Part shown: positions 60,486-64,000 of the stretch, one piece after another
Numbering within the stretch: position 1 is the first letter of the stretch
Layout of the letters: the number at the start of each line of letters is the position of its first letter
NCBI GenBank assembly: GCA_002633005.1
Contig: NMRA01000081.1
Location: forward strand, 127,625-191,624
Source of the DNA: Phoronis australis
Taxonomy: Eukaryota; Animalia; Phoronida
Length of the DNA: 64,000 nucleotides
Reading direction: 5' to 3'
Notes under the pieces: model-generated
What the model was told of the DNA's origin: nothing
The model's database searches: none
The model's input: only the letters and a program-made list of their open reading frames with translations
Program-made: the position numbers and the translations under genes

Positions 60486-60538
60486 AAGATGGCGTCACGT
60501 TGCCACGATACTGCGCAACTGCAGCGAAGACTTCCGGT
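60486..60538. promoter_or_regulatory. CFAP119 proximal promoter: YY1-like, RFX X-box-like and ETS-like motifs
   Basis: AAGATGGCG (60486-60494), GTTGCCACGATAC (60499-60511) and ACTTCCGGT (60530-60538), all within 100 bp upstream of the ATG at 60447. Confidence 0.6.
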
Positions 60539-63500
60539 AGTGAGCCAGTGATTTCAGCAGACGACGTTTGCTGCACCGGCGGGGGTACTGGTCCTTATTT
60601 TTCTGTAACACAGCATACAGGTGAAAAATAGGATACCCACCTATTTAGGAGTGAACTCGAAAAAGGGGATTTGTGGAGAGCTTCCATGAAAAATCGTCTT
60701 TCCAAAAAACCACATTTTCAAGGTTAATTTAAAAAAAAGTTGTAAACCTTTTCGTACAGATTCTTAAACATTTTTAAAAGTCTGAAACAGAGATGCCATC
60801 TTGTGAAAAATAAGCGCATCTTTTGCAATTGAACTTACATCGTTATATGGCACTGAGGCCTATTAAAACCCCTGCTTCTCTAAACTCAGATTTTTGTACC
60901 TGTTGGAACAGGGAAGCCTTTTTACTGGACTGGGTTTCGAAATCAAAAAGTAAACCTTTTGTGGGTTATCGGGAAAGCAACTTTGCGGAGGGAAGTTTCC
61001 GGAAATAGAGCCTTTCGTACAGAAACTGATCGCCGTAAAAAGTCACCCACCTGAGTTACACGCATGTATCTCTTTTGCGGTGAATCCCGCTCAGTGTAAG
61101 ATGTTTAACAAAAGACATCTTATAATTTATTGTATTCCCCCGAGTTGCGTAATTAAGTACTGTTTTTAGTTGCCCAAAAGGTTCAGTGCTAGAGTTGTGT
61201 ATAACTTTTTGTTTGATGTGGACATTCCGGGAAAATCAAACTGGGCGTCAACTGTTAAACCGGCTGTTCAGTGTATTGAGATATGGTATTCGACATGCTT
61301 GGGTTGAGCTGGCAGATGGCAGTGATTGAAGTAGCCCAACTTTTCTTCATAGTTTCAAGCAACTTCTCAATGTGTTTTCAAGACTGGGCAACAAATGTTA
61401 ACTCTAGTGTAGATTACGCCGTATTTTTAAATGTGGTTTTAGTCGTGAAAATTTAAAGGACACCAAGCCAGTTTTGGCCTATTAACAGATACTAAAAACG
61501 ACTTTCCCGTTCAGGTCTCTGAAACAAAATAATGTAACGTAATCCTCGATACCCCTCAAAGGTCTTGGAGGAGAATTTGAAAATCCTTTCAAAGTCTGGT
61601 AAATGGGCAAGCGTGACCTGCGCTTTTAGCGAATTACACGACAATTGTGGGAAAAGACCACCCACCAAGGACCATAATGTCCAATTTGTGAAATAGTAGG
61701 GGATATGAGTTTTTGATTGATTCCTGCTGTTATGACGCCAATAATGCATTACCAGGTGACAGAACGAGGATTCGTCCAAACCACAAAACAGGGTTGTATC
61801 CTCAAATGTAAACACTACATTGAATTTGTCACCTTCATTCACTAGTGCTATGACAAGACTGTTTTAGTCACTGCCTGGCGATTGAAAGAGGCCATCATGC
61901 TGATATTGATGGTTTTCGACTGTTTGACTACAGTACTATGATCCATTTTTTGCACTTCTGTTTTACGTGCAAAAGAACTACACCGTTGAAAAGTTCAAAT
62001 TGGTGCAGTTTGGATAGAAGGCTTGAGAGTTGTAAATAAATTGTTTGTATTAAAAAATGCACAACGTCCCTTTTTAGAATTTCTTTTCAATCAATCAAAC
62101 TAATTTTGTTTCTAAATTAGTGGAAACAAAGGAAAGAGTGTTGCTAACAGATACTACGGAAAATAGTGTGTGGTTCTAACTGTGAGGTTGGTAAATGGCA
62201 TGGGGCCTGAAACGAATTTTTATCGGTAAAGATCAGATTTATTTCGCATTTTTTTTTATTTCTTTTCGGATGTTGGACGTGGTACTCCCCCCCCGCCACT
62301 CCGAAACATGATTGTCACATATGATGGTTGCAGGTTTCAAGTTAAAGTCATACCTCTAAGAATAATTTATATTGGAGTTTGTTCTACTTTTATGCAAAAG
62401 CAAAGATTTTCAAGGAAAAACACGCCCTTATTGAGCTTTTTAGGAAACATATTATTTGTACTATACATGCGTGGCGTTACTGTCGTTCCCATACGGTTTA
62501 TTCAGACTCAAATTAAGAGCTCTATAGCTTTGCTAATATGTGGATGACGAGATGAGCGATAGTTTCAGATTCTAGTTAAAGTGTCATGTGATTCCAGTTA
62601 TATGTAAACGAATGTATTTCTAAATTTCAAGGATGCTATGATTTAAAATGGCCGTTTTTGTGTGTTTTAATTTCCAGGATCCGTGTTTTTTTTCTGAAAA
62701 GATACCCTTTTCCACGATTTTGGTAACCACCAACGCGGTCCTGCATGGTGCCTGAGTGGGGGGAAACGGGCTGTTGGATATTCATAATTCTTACTAGATG
62801 TGGAGTTTAGTTTTAAGAAGAATTAAAAGTATTCTCATTTGATTTTCTACGCATTTGTGTTTGACTATGAAGCCACGTCACTGGGTAGAAGGCAAATCGT
62901 TTTCAAAGGACTCAATACGTCGTGCATAGTAATGCTGTCGTCATCTTACGTCGGTTTCTTGGTGGTCACCCGGAGTTGAACCAGCATTTCTAGTGTGCCT
63001 ATGTGCCCATTACTGGGCAGCATAACAAAAGATCTGTGTGTTTATCGATTATAACAGTGAGCAACGTGCACACAGACATATAAGTTCACGGTGCCTCTAA
63101 GGATTAGAACCTAGGAGAGAACTGACGGGACGATGATTGTGCAAGTCGAGACCGGTCCCGAGATATTCAATAATAATTGATTAACCTTCTCCCCTTACAA
63201 AACAACTCGTATGACACGAGAGAAAGCGAGTTGGCGCAGGGCTAGTATGGTCGGTGACCAAGGAGTCGAATAGGTGTGCGACTGGCGTCATTGTCGTCTA
63301 CGTTACTGGTGAGTATTTGAGCATCGTTATCAGAACGTATTCTTTTTCAAAACACATACGACAATTTTCAAAATTCTGGTATATCCGCAAGGTAAATATA
63401 TTCCGGCTTTCCGCTGTATCAACTTTATTCTTCCATGTGTAGAGGTCTACTGTAAAGACAGATCTTGGCTTTCCTGCACCACGTCTCTCACGTTTTCTTT

Positions 63501-64000
63501 GTGCCTTTGTTCGTTAAGTAAGTGTTGTTGGAGTCTGAATTGAGAACAATTTATCTGACCCGAATTCAATAGACCATGATCTTACTAGCGAGATATAGAT
63601 GCAATGACTGGTAAGCATGTGAGTCATATCGCTACTGAATTAGGGTGTTTCCTGAGCAAACCGGCTTTACCGTGGAGCACTATCGCTACTTTATTGCGCA
63701 AACAACTCGTCAGACAATACAATCTTTTGTGTACCTTACACCCGGAAAAGTTGAGATATTGTGTATTGGGCTATGAGCCCTATTTACTCCTGGGGCTGTC
63801 TTCGTGTTTGCTGTGTTACAAGAGGAGGTTGAGTTACCGTCCGCGTGACACTGTATGGATTTCACATTGAGAGAACACATGTAAGTAAAATATCAAAGAA
63901 AAACACTCAGTTGTTCTGGACTAGGTCACAGTCGAGAATCAGAGTTGTTTTACCACTTTTGAGATCAATGTTTACTGTTCACTAAGCGGTGTTACGTTTT

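Overview
Eukaryotic, AT-rich animal genomic DNA with GT-AG introns, probably from a marine invertebrate; the species cannot be determined from the sequence. Three host genes can be rebuilt from phase-consistent exons. (1) The first coding exon of an SLC45A3/prostein-like sugar transporter on the - strand, running off the left edge. (2) A RAD51AP1/NUCKS1-family gene on the + strand, with 7 exons at 22028-27790; its first exon was not found. (3) A complete 8-exon CFAP119/CCDC189-like ciliary gene on the - strand at 50695-60447, with an RFX X-box-like motif in its promoter. Introns carry MITEs, foldback elements, tRNA-derived SINEs, Helentron-type repeats and a Penelope remnant with a hammerhead-like motif. 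The most striking structure is a ~19-kb block (about 28.5-47.5 kb) directly downstream of the RAD51AP1-like gene. It is packed with fragments of unrelated transposons (BEL/Pao, several Gypsy, hAT, P/THAP9, piggyBac, Kolobok-type, YqaJ/ISL2EU-type). Every fragment with readable coding or LTR polarity lies on the - strand, antisense to the RAD51AP1-like transcript, which is the architecture expected of a flamenco-like uni-strand piRNA cluster. All family assignments come from motif recognition by eye; no database searches were run.
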